Positions 49,692 through 58,431 are shown, numbered from the stretch's first letter. The stretch is 64,000 nt of DNA from Bacteroidales bacterium (GCA_963678785.1 OY787449.1:768704-832703); one strand, 5' to 3'. The notes: generated by a model not told the origin, from the sequence alone. Program-made: numbers and translations.

Positions 49692-49755
49692 AATTTTACT
49701 TTTTTTAGTTTAATGAATTGCAAAATTACTATTTATTTAAATAGAACCTGCTTTT

Positions 49756-52700
49756 TTAGTTTATTTTATAATTAAAAGCTTCCTCCGCTTCTAAAGCCTT
49801 AATAATGCCGGAAGCATCAACTCTATTAGTTCTAGATTTAAGTTCAATAGCCTTGTTTTCAGAGCGATCAAACAGTTTTATTTTTAAAGGGACATTTCCT
49901 TTATTTTCACTTATAATGGTTTTAAGTGTTTGCGTAGTTTCGCTATTTACTTTTGCGCTGTCGATTAAAACACTAATTTCTCTGGTGTTATTTTGAATGG
50001 CTTCGGCCAAAAGGCTAATCTTCGTAATCTTAATCTCAAGGTTATTCTCCATATTGTAACGACTCTGAATTCTGGCTTTGATCAGGATATAATTTCCTTC
50101 TACCAGAAAATGTCGCATTCGCAAATAATCTTCTGAAAACATTGCCAGCTGAATACTGTCATCAAAATCTTCAAGTTGAAAAGTACCAAAAGGTGAACCT
50201 CCTTTGGTCAATCGGGATGCCGCATTGGTAATCATTCCTGCAAAGGTGACATTTCGATTTTTATGAGCCTTCAGATTTTCCAACAAATCACCAATCTGAA
50301 CATCGCAAAAGTGCTTCATTTCAATTTTATAGTCATCCAAAGGATGCCCCGACATATAAAAACCTGTAACTTCTCTTTCAAACTTTAATTGCTGAAGCTT
50401 GCTCCAGGGCTCACAAGCAGGTAATTCAATGGCCGGGATTTCGATTTCATCAGACTCTCCAAAAAGTGATGCCTGAGCAGAGTTTTGACGTTCCTGAATG
50501 GCACCGCAATGTTTAATGATCTTTTCGAGGAAAATACTGTCGTCCGTATTTTGGCGATAAAAATACTGCGCACGGTGTGAATTATTAAAACAATCAAAAG
50601 CACCAGCTTTTGCAAGAGCTTCAAAACTTCGTTTGTTTACAGCCCTCAGGTTTACGCGCGTTGCAAAGTCAACAATATCCTGATACGGTCCATTTTCAGT
50701 TCTTTCATCAATCAGTGAATGAACAGCTGCCTCACCAACTCCTTTAACAGCCGCCATTCCAAATCGAATTTCATCCTTTTTGTTCACATTGAAACTCAAT
50801 CTACTTTCGTTCACATCCGGACCAACAACGGGTATTCCCTGCCGTTTACATTCATCAATAAAGAATGTAATTTTTTTAATGTCATTTAAATTATGGGTAA
50901 GCACAGCAGCCATATATTCTGCAGGGAAATGTGCTTTTAGATAGGCCGTTTGATAAGCGATAATAGAGTAAGCAGCTGAATGAGAACGGTTAAATCCATA
51001 TTCGGCAAATCGAGCCATTGTTTTAAAAACTTCTGCAGCAGTTTCTGTTTCAACCCCCTTTTCTTCGGCACCTTTTATGAAAACCAGCTTTTGCTGATCC
51101 ATAATCTCCATCTGCTTTTTACCCATAGCTCGGCGAAGTAAATCCGCTCCACCCAAAGTAAATCCTCCCATGATTTGAGCAGTTTGCATAATCTGCTCCT
51201 GATAAACCATAATTCCATGGGTCGGTTTCAATATTTTTTCGAGCCATGGATGCGGATATTCAACCGTTTCCTTGCCCTGCTTTCGCTGAATATAAACCGG
51301 AATATAACTCATTGGCCCCGGTCGATACAAAGCATTCATCGCAATAAGATCTTCGATATTGGTCGGTTTCAGATCCTTTAAATAAGTACGCATTCCTTCA
51401 GATTCAAACTGAAAAGTTCCAACAGTATCTCCTCGTTGATAAAGCTCAAATGTTTTTTGATCATCAATGGGAATGGTGTCTATATCAATATGAATACCTC
51501 TTCCCTGTTCAATATTTTTTAATGCATCTTTAATGATGGATAAAGTCTTCAATCCCAAAAAGTCCATTTTGAGCATTCCAACAGACTCCACAAATTTCCC
51601 ATCGTACTGTGTAACAGCCAAACTAGAATCTTTTGCAATACTGAGGGGCACATGATCAATCAGGTCATCCGGACCAATAATTACTCCGCAGGCATGCGTT
51701 CCTGTATGGCGGGCTGAGCCCTCAAGCGTTTGAGCAAAGTTTAAAGTTTTGCGCGATAATTCATCCCCATTCAATTTGATATCAGCCAATTCTTTTACTT
51801 CTTTGAAGGCTTTATCTAAGGTAATTCCGGGTCGCTCGGGAACCAATTTGGCAATTCTGTCGGCTTCTGATAAAGGCAATTTTAAAACCCTTGCAACATC
51901 ACGGATGGCCAATTTGGCTGCCATGGTTCCAAAAGTAATAATCTGCGCTACATGACTACTTCCATATTTTTCAACCACATAATTTAAAACTGCTTCTCGC
52001 CCTTCATCATCAAAGTCGATGTCAATATCAGGCATTGAGATTCGTTCGGGATTTAAAAACCGTTCGAAAAGTAAGTTGTATTTGATGGGATCAACATTGG
52101 TTATTCCGGTACAATATGCTACTGCCGATCCAGCTGCTGAACCTCGTCCGGGGCCAACCAGAACGCCTATTTCACGGGCTTTGGTTATAAAATCCTGAAC
52201 AATTAAAAAATATCCGGGAAACCCCATATCTTTGATAACTTTCAACTCATAATCCAATCGATCAGTAACCTCTTTACTTAATTCAGGATATAAGGTCTTT
52301 GCACCTTCATAAGTCAGGTGTCTTAAATAATCATCTTCGGTTTCAAATCCTTCAGGTAGAGGAAAGTGAGGCAATAAAATTTCCTTGGTGGTAATATCGT
52401 AATCATCAATCTTATCAACGATCTCACGGGTATTTGACAAGGCCTCCGGAACATCTTTAAACAGCTCAGCCATTTCATTCGGGCTTTTCAAATACTCATT
52501 GCCCGTATAATGCATCCCCGTAACATCATCTAAATCTTTCCCTGTATTTAAGCAAATTAAAATTCGATGTGCTTCAAAATCCTCTTTATTTACAAAATGT
52601 ACATCATTGGTGGCAATTACCTTCCGATTAAATTTTTTGGCAAGTTCAATTATTTTCTTGTTAACAGGTTTTTGCTCTTCATGCCCATGATCCTGTAATT

Positions 52701-53217
52701 CTAGATAAAAATCATCGCCAAAAATATCGATAAATTCCTGGACTACTGCATCCACATGCTCCTCATCCTGATTCATGATTGTTTGAGGTAATTCTCCACC
52801 CAGGCATGCCGTTGAAGCAATAATGCCTTCAGAATATTTGGAAAGTATTTCTTTATCAATTCTTGGCGTATAATAAAAACCTTCAATAAAACCCAGCGAA
52901 ACCAATTTTGATAAATTTCTGTATCCATCCAGGTTTTTTGCCAACAATATAAGATGGTGACCAGATCGATCGTGCTTACCCCTTTTATCATGTCGGCTTT
53001 CTTTAGCTACATAAACCTCACAACCAATAATGGGTTTTATGCCCTGCTTTCTGGCCTCCTTCATAAACTTAAGCACCCCAAACATATTGCCATGATCGGT
53101 AATGGCAATAGAATCCATCCCATTGGACTTAACTTTTGAAATCAGCTCGTTTATTTTAGCGGCGCCGTCCAGAATAGAATATTGCGTATGTACATGTAAA
53201 TGAGTAAAGTCAGGCAT
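49756..53217 (-). CDS. dnaE: DNA polymerase III alpha subunit
   Basis: 1153 aa. PHP domain FTHLHVHTQYSILDGA. Palm motifs GPGRGSAAGSAVAYCTGIT and PDIDIDF. OB-fold C-terminal part. Confidence 0.97.
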   Translation of the reverse strand: MPDFTHLHVHTQYSILDGAAKINELISKVKSNGMDSIAITDHGNMFGVLKFMKEARKQGIKPIIGCEVYVAKESRHDKRGKHDRSGHHLILLAKNLDGYRNLSKLVSLGFIEGFYYTPRIDKEILSKYSEGIIASTACLGGELPQTIMNQDEEHVDAVVQEFIDIFGDDFYLELQDHGHEEQKPVNKKIIELAKKFNRKVIATNDVHFVNKEDFEAHRILICLNTGKDLDDVTGMHYTGNEYLKSPNEMAELFKDVPEALSNTREIVDKIDDYDITTKEILLPHFPLPEGFETEDDYLRHLTYEGAKTLYPELSKEVTDRLDYELKVIKDMGFPGYFLIVQDFITKAREIGVLVGPGRGSAAGSAVAYCTGITNVDPIKYNLLFERFLNPERISMPDIDIDFDDEGREAVLNYVVEKYGSSHVAQIITFGTMAAKLAIRDVARVLKLPLSEADRIAKLVPERPGITLDKAFKEVKELADIKLNGDELSRKTLNFAQTLEGSARHTGTHACGVIIGPDDLIDHVPLSIAKDSSLAVTQYDGKFVESVGMLKMDFLGLKTLSIIKDALKNIEQGRGIHIDIDTIPIDDQKTFELYQRGDTVGTFQFESEGMRTYLKDLKPTNIEDLIAMNALYRPGPMSYIPVYIQRKQGKETVEYPHPWLEKILKPTHGIMVYQEQIMQTAQIMGGFTLGGADLLRRAMGKKQMEIMDQQKLVFIKGAEEKGVETETAAEVFKTMARFAEYGFNRSHSAAYSIIAYQTAYLKAHFPAEYMAAVLTHNLNDIKKITFFIDECKRQGIPVVGPDVNESRLSFNVNKKDEIRFGMAAVKGVGEAAVHSLIDERTENGPYQDIVDFATRVNLRAVNKRSFEALAKAGAFDCFNNSHRAQYFYRQNTDDSIFLEKIIKHCGAIQERQNSAQASLFGESDEIEIPAIELPACEPWSKLQQLKFEREVTGFYMSGHPLDDYKIEMKHFCDVQIGDLLENLKAHKNRNVTFAGMITNAASRLTKGGSPFGTFQLEDFDDSIQLAMFSEDYLRMRHFLVEGNYILIKARIQSRYNMENNLEIKITKISLLAEAIQNNTREISVLIDSAKVNSETTQTLKTIISENKGNVPLKIKLFDRSENKAIELKSRTNRVDASGIIKALEAEEAFNYKIN

Positions 53218-53380
53218 AAAATTGCAACAATTAATCGAATGAAAAAATGTTAATTTAGGTCTTGTAAAATTAGCTAAAAACTATGTGAATAAACCCAATG
53301 TTGATAAGTTGTGTATAGATTAAAATAAGCTTTTCAGAACTCATTGGTCCTTAATTAAAAGAAAGACTATTTTTGCAAGA

Positions 53381-53749
53381 ATGAAAACAATAAGTACAAA
53401 ATTAGCCCAATGGGCCTACCAACAAATTGAAGCTAAGCAAGACAAAATAGATACAAAAGATTTGTTTACCTATTATACCGAGAAGTTAGCTGTAGATTTC
53501 CCCGAGCAAGCGCAGCTCATCATTGATTATAAGAACTCGGAGCAGCAGTTAAGGTTTTTTAAGATGGATAAAGAAATGTGTATAAAGTTCCCCGACATCT
53601 GGAAAATGCAAATGGATCAGGAAGAAGTTAAGTTAGAAAACATCAAACAAAACCTGATCAAATCTGACTCTGAAAACCAATTAAACATTTCGGGATTCTT
53701 TGACATGCTTGCAAAAGAAAAACCAAATCTGGCTGATCTTTTTGATTGA
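53381..53749 (+). CDS. Hypothetical protein (122 aa, acidic, no recognisable motif)
   Basis: ORF only. Divergent from dnaE. No family recognised by eye. Confidence 0.4.
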   Translation: MKTISTKLAQWAYQQIEAKQDKIDTKDLFTYYTEKLAVDFPEQAQLIIDYKNSEQQLRFFKMDKEMCIKFPDIWKMQMDQEEVKLENIKQNLIKSDSENQLNISGFFDMLAKEKPNLADLFD

Positions 53750-53848
53750 TAAGAAAGTAAATCTAAAATTGCTTTTATTTTTCAAAAAATAGTCGGATAT
53801 TTGCAGCCATTTTCAAAAAAACATTAAACAATTTAAAACTAAAGTTTT

Positions 53849-54469
53849 ATGCCAGCAAAGATTAGATTACAACGTAAAGGTAAAAAAGGCATGCCTTTTT
53901 ACCATATCGTTATTGCGGATGGTCGTGCACCACGGGACGGAAAATACATTGAAAGAATTGGCACTTACAATCCACTAACCAAACCAGCTGATATCAAATT
54001 AGACGTTGATAAAGCCGTTGATTGGTTAAACAAAGGAGCTCAACCTACAGATACGGTACGAGCAATTTTATCTTACTCAGGAGTTCTTTATAAGAACCAC
54101 CTCAGAAAAGGTGTTCTTAAAGGAGCTTTAACAGAAGAGCAAGCAGAAGCTAAATTCCAAATTTGGCAAAAAGAGAAGGATGCTAAGATCCAAGGTAAGA
54201 TTCAGGAAGTTGAGTCTTCAACCAAAGAAGAAAGCAAAAAGCGTTACGATGCTGAAGTTAAGATTAAAGAAGACAGAGCAGCCGAATTAGCTAAAAAACG
54301 CGCAGCTGAAATCGCAGCAGCTCAACCAGAGCAAGCTGAAGAAGAAGCTCCGGTAGCAGAAGAAACTTCGGAAGAAGCTCCTGCAGAAGAAGCTAAGGCA
54401 GAACCAAAAGCTGAAGAAGCCAAGGAAGCACCTAAAGCAGAAGAAACTGAAGAAAAAAAAGCAGAATAA
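53849..54469 (+). CDS. rpsP: 30S ribosomal protein S16 with long A/E/K-rich C-terminal extension
   Basis: N-terminus [42 protein letters not shown]. About 115 aa of low-complexity tail, as is common in Bacteroidota S16. Confidence 0.95.
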   Translation: MPAKIRLQRKGKKGMPFYHIVIADGRAPRDGKYIERIGTYNPLTKPADIKLDVDKAVDWLNKGAQPTDTVRAILSYSGVLYKNHLRKGVLKGALTEEQAEAKFQIWQKEKDAKIQGKIQEVESSTKEESKKRYDAEVKIKEDRAAELAKKRAAEIAAAQPEQAEEEAPVAEETSEEAPAEEAKAEPKAEEAKEAPKAEETEEKKAE

Positions 54470-54488
54470 ATTGCTGCTAAAACACCTT

Positions 54489-54521
54489 AAAGGCTGAATG
54501 ATTCATTCAGCCTTTTTTTTT
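54489..54521 (+). terminator. Intrinsic terminator/attenuator between rpsP and rimM
   Basis: aaAGGCTGAATGattCATTCAGCCTttttttttt: perfect 10-bp stem and a 9-T run, 20 nt after the rpsP stop. Confidence 0.7.
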
Positions 54522-54540
54522 ACATTTGAGCAAAAAAAAT

Positions 54541-55062
54541 ATGGACACAAGCAATTATTTTTATTTTGGATATGTTGTAAAAACAATTGGAAACGATGGT
54601 GTGTTAAGGGTTCAAATGGATGTTGATAATCCATTCGATTATGCCGGACTGAAAGAACTGAAAGTGGTCATTAAAGATCAATTGATTAATTACCCCATTG
54701 AAGAGATAAAAATCATTGAAGATAAAGCCAACATCTCCTTTAAAAACATAGACAATCCGGTTATTGCTAAATTACTACAAGGTTGTTCTCTCTATCTTCC
54801 ACTATCAAGCTTGCCTAAATTAAAAGGAAATCAATTTTATTTTCATGAGGTAACTGGGTTTCAGGTTAGTGATCACAAACACGGGATGATTGGAAAAGTT
54901 GAAACCATTATTGATCAAACCAGTCAGGCCATCATTCAAATTGATTTTGAAGGTCGAGAAATTCTGATTCCCATAACGGATGAAATCGTCAAAAATGTTG
55001 ACAGAAAAAACAAGATCATTGAAATTGAAGCCCCTGAAGGACTAGTCGAAATCTATCTCTAA
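54541..55062 (+). CDS. rimM: 16S rRNA processing protein RimM
   Basis: The ORF is listed from TTG 54526; ATG 54541 is the more plausible start. RimM N-domain plus PRC-barrel pattern (ILIPITDEIVKNVDRKNKIIEIEAPEGL). Position after rpsP. Confidence 0.85.
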   Translation: MDTSNYFYFGYVVKTIGNDGVLRVQMDVDNPFDYAGLKELKVVIKDQLINYPIEEIKIIEDKANISFKNIDNPVIAKLLQGCSLYLPLSSLPKLKGNQFYFHEVTGFQVSDHKHGMIGKVETIIDQTSQAIIQIDFEGREILIPITDEIVKNVDRKNKIIEIEAPEGLVEIYL

Positions 55063-55110
55063 ATAAAGTTTTGATTAACAATTTCAAGAATGCTAATCAT
55101 CAATTAAACA

Positions 55111-55812
55111 ATGGCATTTCAATTTAAACAGTTTAGCATAAACGATGACCAATCTACCATGAAAGTTGGAACCGACGGTGTTTTACTAGGAGCATGGTGT
55201 GATATCAGAAATGCTAAATCAATTTTGGATATTGGTTCAGGATCTGGACTTATTTCTTTGATGCTGGCTCAACGCACTGAAGCCTTGATATCAGCCATCG
55301 ACATTGATGAAAACTCTGTCAACCAAGGCAAACAGAATTTTCAAAACTCAGACTGGGGCAATCAATTGACAGCAATACATTCTTCTCTCAAAGATTTTAC
55401 TAAATCAGAAAATAAAAAATTTGATCTGATTGTAAGCAATCCTCCTTTCTTTATAAACGCATTAAAGTCGCCTTTTAAAAATAAAACCCGCTCAAAACAT
55501 ACCGACGAATTATCATACCAAGAATTAGCTCATGGCATTGCAAACTTCATGGCATCTGATGGAAGGGCATGTTTAATACTTCCGTACACAGAGAGTAAAT
55601 TCTTTATCGATCTGGCTTTAATTGAAAATATTTACCTGAATAAACAGCTCATAATTAAACCAAAAGCCTCAAGAAAATTCAATCGGATTTTGATGGAATT
55701 TAGTTTTCAAAAATCAAAGCTTGAAGAAAAAGAGATTTACCTGAGAGAAGAAAACAATGAATATTCAGAAGCATATAAGTCTTTATGCAAAAATTACTAT
55801 CTGAATTTATAG
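55111..55812 (+). CDS. tRNA1(Val) (adenine37-N6)-methyltransferase (YfiC/TrmN6-like)
   Basis: 233 aa. FKQFSI...DGVLLGAW N-terminus, SAM motif ILDIGSGSGLISLMLAQR, catalytic NPPF. Confidence 0.8.
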   Translation: MAFQFKQFSINDDQSTMKVGTDGVLLGAWCDIRNAKSILDIGSGSGLISLMLAQRTEALISAIDIDENSVNQGKQNFQNSDWGNQLTAIHSSLKDFTKSENKKFDLIVSNPPFFINALKSPFKNKTRSKHTDELSYQELAHGIANFMASDGRACLILPYTESKFFIDLALIENIYLNKQLIIKPKASRKFNRILMEFSFQKSKLEEKEIYLREENNEYSEAYKSLCKNYYLNL

Positions 55813-55877
55813 TGCTTTTTTGCTTCTCAAATGTCTTATTTAAAATAAACTTCATAAATTAACAAAAAATCTTTGTT

Positions 55878-56654
55878 ATGAGATCTCATTTTAAATTCAT
55901 CACCTATCTACTTTTTTCATTTCTAATCATTTCTTGTTCAGGCCCTGCCGAGAAAACATTAACAATAGCATTATCCAAAAACAGCAAAAATTGTCGTACA
56001 TGGATTGCATCTGCTGACTCCACAGCACAAGTTATTGAGCTCTATACCTCATCATTGGATGAGGCCCTGGCAACATTTCAAAGTTGTGATGCCTTGATCA
56101 TCACCGGTGGATCAGACATTAATCCTGCATTGTATGGAAAGGAATCAGATACAGCAAGATGTGGGCGCATCGATTTCAGACAAGACACCCTTGAACTTGC
56201 TTTGATTGATAAAGCTTTAGAACTGGGTATACCTATATTGGGAATTTGTCGAGGTTCGCAAATGATAAACGTATCCTTTGGTGGTAGTTTAATCATTGAT
56301 ATTCCGACAGATGTCGATACGATTGTCAAACATCAATTAAGAAAAGGTTTCCACAAAGTCACCTTGGAACCCGGAACCAAATTGGCCTGGGCAACGAACG
56401 TAACCCATGGCATGGTAACCACCAATCACCATCAGGCCGTAGATGAACTAGGTAAAGAATTGAAGATTATTGCCAGATCTCCAAAAGATGGGGTTATTGA
56501 AGGTGTTGAATGGAAAGACCCCGAAGGAAAATCATTTCTGATGGGTGTACAATGGCACCCTGAACGTGATATGTACGATAATCCACTTGCAGTAGATTTA
56601 CTGGAATTACTGCTTCATGAAGCACGTCGCTATCAAGAGAAAAATCTCGATTAA
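55878..56654 (+). CDS. Class I glutamine amidotransferase-like, peptidase C26 (gamma-glutamyl-GABA hydrolase family) lipoprotein
   Basis: 258 aa. Lipobox LIISC. Nucleophile context GICRGSQMINV. QWHPE His motif. Confidence 0.8.
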   Translation: MRSHFKFITYLLFSFLIISCSGPAEKTLTIALSKNSKNCRTWIASADSTAQVIELYTSSLDEALATFQSCDALIITGGSDINPALYGKESDTARCGRIDFRQDTLELALIDKALELGIPILGICRGSQMINVSFGGSLIIDIPTDVDTIVKHQLRKGFHKVTLEPGTKLAWATNVTHGMVTTNHHQAVDELGKELKIIARSPKDGVIEGVEWKDPEGKSFLMGVQWHPERDMYDNPLAVDLLELLLHEARRYQEKNLD

Positions 56655-56960
56655 TTAGTCATAATTTTTATTTGATCTCAGCATTTACAAATATTTCCTT
56701 TATTAAGGAATAATCATCTCTTGCTACCTGGATTTACATTCAGCTTTTGATCCTGATAAAGAATTAAATGATAGAAATTTAATTTCTTCTTAAGGGCTTT
56801 AAATTTTACATATATCCGTTTTTTTACTTTCAAACAGATAGCGACCCCATATCTACCTATATTCCTGTCAGTTACCGGAACTTCAGTGTTGATTGTAAGC
56901 AATTTTAAACCTTGATGAAGTCGTCAATACTTTCAATTGGGCTAAAAAAAATTAAAAAAG

Positions 56961-56993
56961 TTTGCTATTATGCACATATGTTCATTATCTTTG
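56961..56993 (+). promoter_or_regulatory. Bacteroidota-type promoter (TTTG -33 / TATCTTTG -7) of the DUF134 operon, enclosing a 16-bp near-palindrome
   Basis: TTTG at 56961-56964, a 21-nt spacer, then TATCTTTG at 56986-56993 (TAnnTTTG). The spacer contains ATGCACATATGTTCAT (56970-56985), with 7 of 8 arm positions complementary. The ATG is at 57020. Confidence 0.45.
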
Positions 56994-57019
56994 CTGCATA
57001 AATCAAACTAATTTTTACA

Positions 57020-57490
57020 ATGCCAAGACCAAAAAATAATCGAATCGTTCACGAGCCTCCTCGTTTTTCAGCCTTTAAACCGGTTGGAGTAAGAGGTGTG
57101 GGTTCAGAGCAAATTTCATTAAGCTTGGACGAATTTGAAGCCATTAGACTGGCTGATCAACAAGGTTTATCGCATGCTGAAGCTTCTGACGAGATGGAAA
57201 TCTCACGATCTACTTTTACCCGACTTATTGAACAAGCAAGAAAAAAAATTGCCGATTTTCTGATACAAGGAAAGATGTTGGTCATTGAAGGTGGAAACAT
57301 CCACTTCAGGAAAAATCTAATCCGCTGTCAGGATTGTGGCCATATGTTCAATATAAATTTTAATGACTCATTTAATGAGTGTCCATCATGTAAATCTAAA
57401 AACCTGCTAAATCTTGCAGGTGGGTTTGGTCATGGACATTGCTGTTCAAATAAAAATTTTAATAAAGGAGGTAATTATGCCAAGAGGTGA
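57020..57490 (+). CDS. DUF134 (UPF0251) family putative DNA-binding regulator with C-terminal zinc ribbon and His/Cys tail
   Basis: 156 aa. Family-typical N-terminus MPRPKNNRIVHEPPRFSAFKP. Sigma-70 region-4-like HTH LSHAEASDEMEISRSTFTRLIEQARKKIA. CQDCG...CPSCK. GHGHCC. Confidence 0.8.
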   Translation: MPRPKNNRIVHEPPRFSAFKPVGVRGVGSEQISLSLDEFEAIRLADQQGLSHAEASDEMEISRSTFTRLIEQARKKIADFLIQGKMLVIEGGNIHFRKNLIRCQDCGHMFNINFNDSFNECPSCKSKNLLNLAGGFGHGHCCSNKNFNKGGNYAKR

Positions 57491-57794
57491 CAAAACAGGG
57501 CCAGAAGGTAGAGGCTCTATGACCGGCAGAGGACTTGGCTCCTGTGCAGGCGAAAATTCTACTAATTTAAATTCTTCAACATTCGGGTTGGGTTTAGGCC
57601 GGCGACTTGGAAGAGGAATGGGAAACGGAAGAAGTTTTGGAAACCGGTTTCAATCTGGAAACAGATGGTTTAATCGTGGATTTAACAGCTCAAGTGATTC
57701 GGAAAAAAGTCTGCTTGAAAATGAAATCAAGACTTTAAAAGAAAAACTTGGGAACTACGAGAATCGGCTATCTCAACTTGAAAAAAACAACTAA
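57477..57794 (+). CDS. DUF5320 family protein (Gly/Arg/Asn-rich N-terminus + C-terminal coiled coil)
   Basis: The ORF is listed from 57414. The likely start is ATG 57477, preceded by GGAGGT. MPRGDKTGPEGRGSMTGRGLGSCAG is the family-typical N-terminus. C-terminal LLENEIKTLKEKLGNYENRLSQLEK. Overlaps the DUF134 gene by 14 nt. Confidence 0.75.
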   Translation: MPRGDKTGPEGRGSMTGRGLGSCAGENSTNLNSSTFGLGLGRRLGRGMGNGRSFGNRFQSGNRWFNRGFNSSSDSEKSLLENEIKTLKEKLGNYENRLSQLEKNN

Positions 57795-57798
57795 ATCT

Positions 57799-57828
57799 TA
57801 AGGCAGGTTTGTAAACAAACCTGCCTTA
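57799..57828 (+). other. Perfect 13-bp stem-loop inside the operon (no T-tract)
   Basis: tAAGGCAGGTTTGtaaaCAAACCTGCCTTa, 5 nt after the DUF5320 stop and 19 nt before the next ATG. Confidence 0.6.
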
Positions 57829-57846
57829 TAAAAATTAAATAAGAAA

Positions 57847-58071
57847 ATGAAAAATTCATCAGCAGGAGGAAACGCAGGCCAGGGTCGTGGGTTAGGAAAA
57901 GGTGGTGGTAGAGGTCGCAATAAAGGTGGAAGTTTTGGAGTAGGAGGTTATTGCATTTGTGCAAAATGCGGAACCAAGGTTCCTCACCAACAGGGTGTTA
58001 AATGCACAAACCTGAAATGCCCAAATTGTGGAAAAACAATGATTAGAGAAGAATTATTAAATCAAAAATAA
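57847..58071 (+). CDS. Small Gly/Arg-rich protein with 6-Cys zinc-ribbon-like C-terminus
   Basis: 74 aa. GNAGQGRGLGKGGGRGRNKGGSFGVGG followed by CICAKCG...H...C....CPNCG. This type commonly accompanies DUF134/DUF5320 genes in anaerobes. Confidence 0.65.
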   Translation: MKNSSAGGNAGQGRGLGKGGGRGRNKGGSFGVGGYCICAKCGTKVPHQQGVKCTNLKCPNCGKTMIREELLNQK

Positions 58072-58089
58072 ATCTATTAAAAAACAATT

Positions 58090-58428
58090 ATGAAAATAAA
58101 ATTTGCCATACCAACCTTAAATGGAGAGCTAACAGCACATTTTGGGCACTGCGAAAAATTTGCAGTTGTAGAAGTGGAAAATAATGCCGTAATAAACGAG
58201 GAAACTTTAACACCTCCAGTTCATCAACCTGGGGTTTATCCTAAGTTTTTAGCAGACCAGGGTGTCAATGTAATTATTGCAGGAGGAATGGGTCAGCATG
58301 CACAAAATTTATTTGCACAGAACAACATTGAAGTTCATATGGGAGTCGTAAATGGCACACCTAAACAACTGGTTGAAAACCTTTTAAACAACCAATTAAA
58401 AACAGGTGATAACCTTTGCGATCATTAA
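58090..58428 (+). CDS. NifX/NifB-C-terminal (dinitrogenase FeMo-cofactor-binding fold, ORP-like) family protein 1
   Basis: 112 aa. MKIKFAIPT..G.L..HFGHCEKF...VIIAGGMGQHAQNLF is the typical family pattern. Confidence 0.75.
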   Translation: MKIKFAIPTLNGELTAHFGHCEKFAVVEVENNAVINEETLTPPVHQPGVYPKFLADQGVNVIIAGGMGQHAQNLFAQNNIEVHMGVVNGTPKQLVENLLNNQLKTGDNLCDH

Positions 58429-58431
58429 TAA

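Noticed and set aside
49381-49713. 110-aa plus-strand ORF covering the whole thioredoxin gene in antisense
   Set aside because: trxA on the minus strand has the WCGPC site and the full fold pattern. The antisense translation is Ser/Thr/Pro/Phe-rich with no motif. It is a shadow ORF.
53849-54469. Unusually long S16 (206 aa) with an A/E/K-rich tail
   Set aside because: Long low-complexity C-terminal extensions of S16 are a known lineage feature of Bacteroidota. This is not a peculiarity of this locus.
56714-56902. 62-aa minus-strand ORF in the 365-nt gap before the DUF134 operon
   Set aside because: The translation is basic and low-complexity, with no start context or motif. The region is more simply the promoter/leader of the operon plus the 3' UTR of the upstream gene. 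I could not recognise a riboswitch or sRNA fold either.
57414-57476. N-terminal extension of the DUF5320 ORF (alternative start at 57414)
   Set aside because: The extension lies inside the DUF134 coding region. The family-typical N-terminus MPRGD... begins at ATG 57477, which has a GGAGGT 4 nt upstream.
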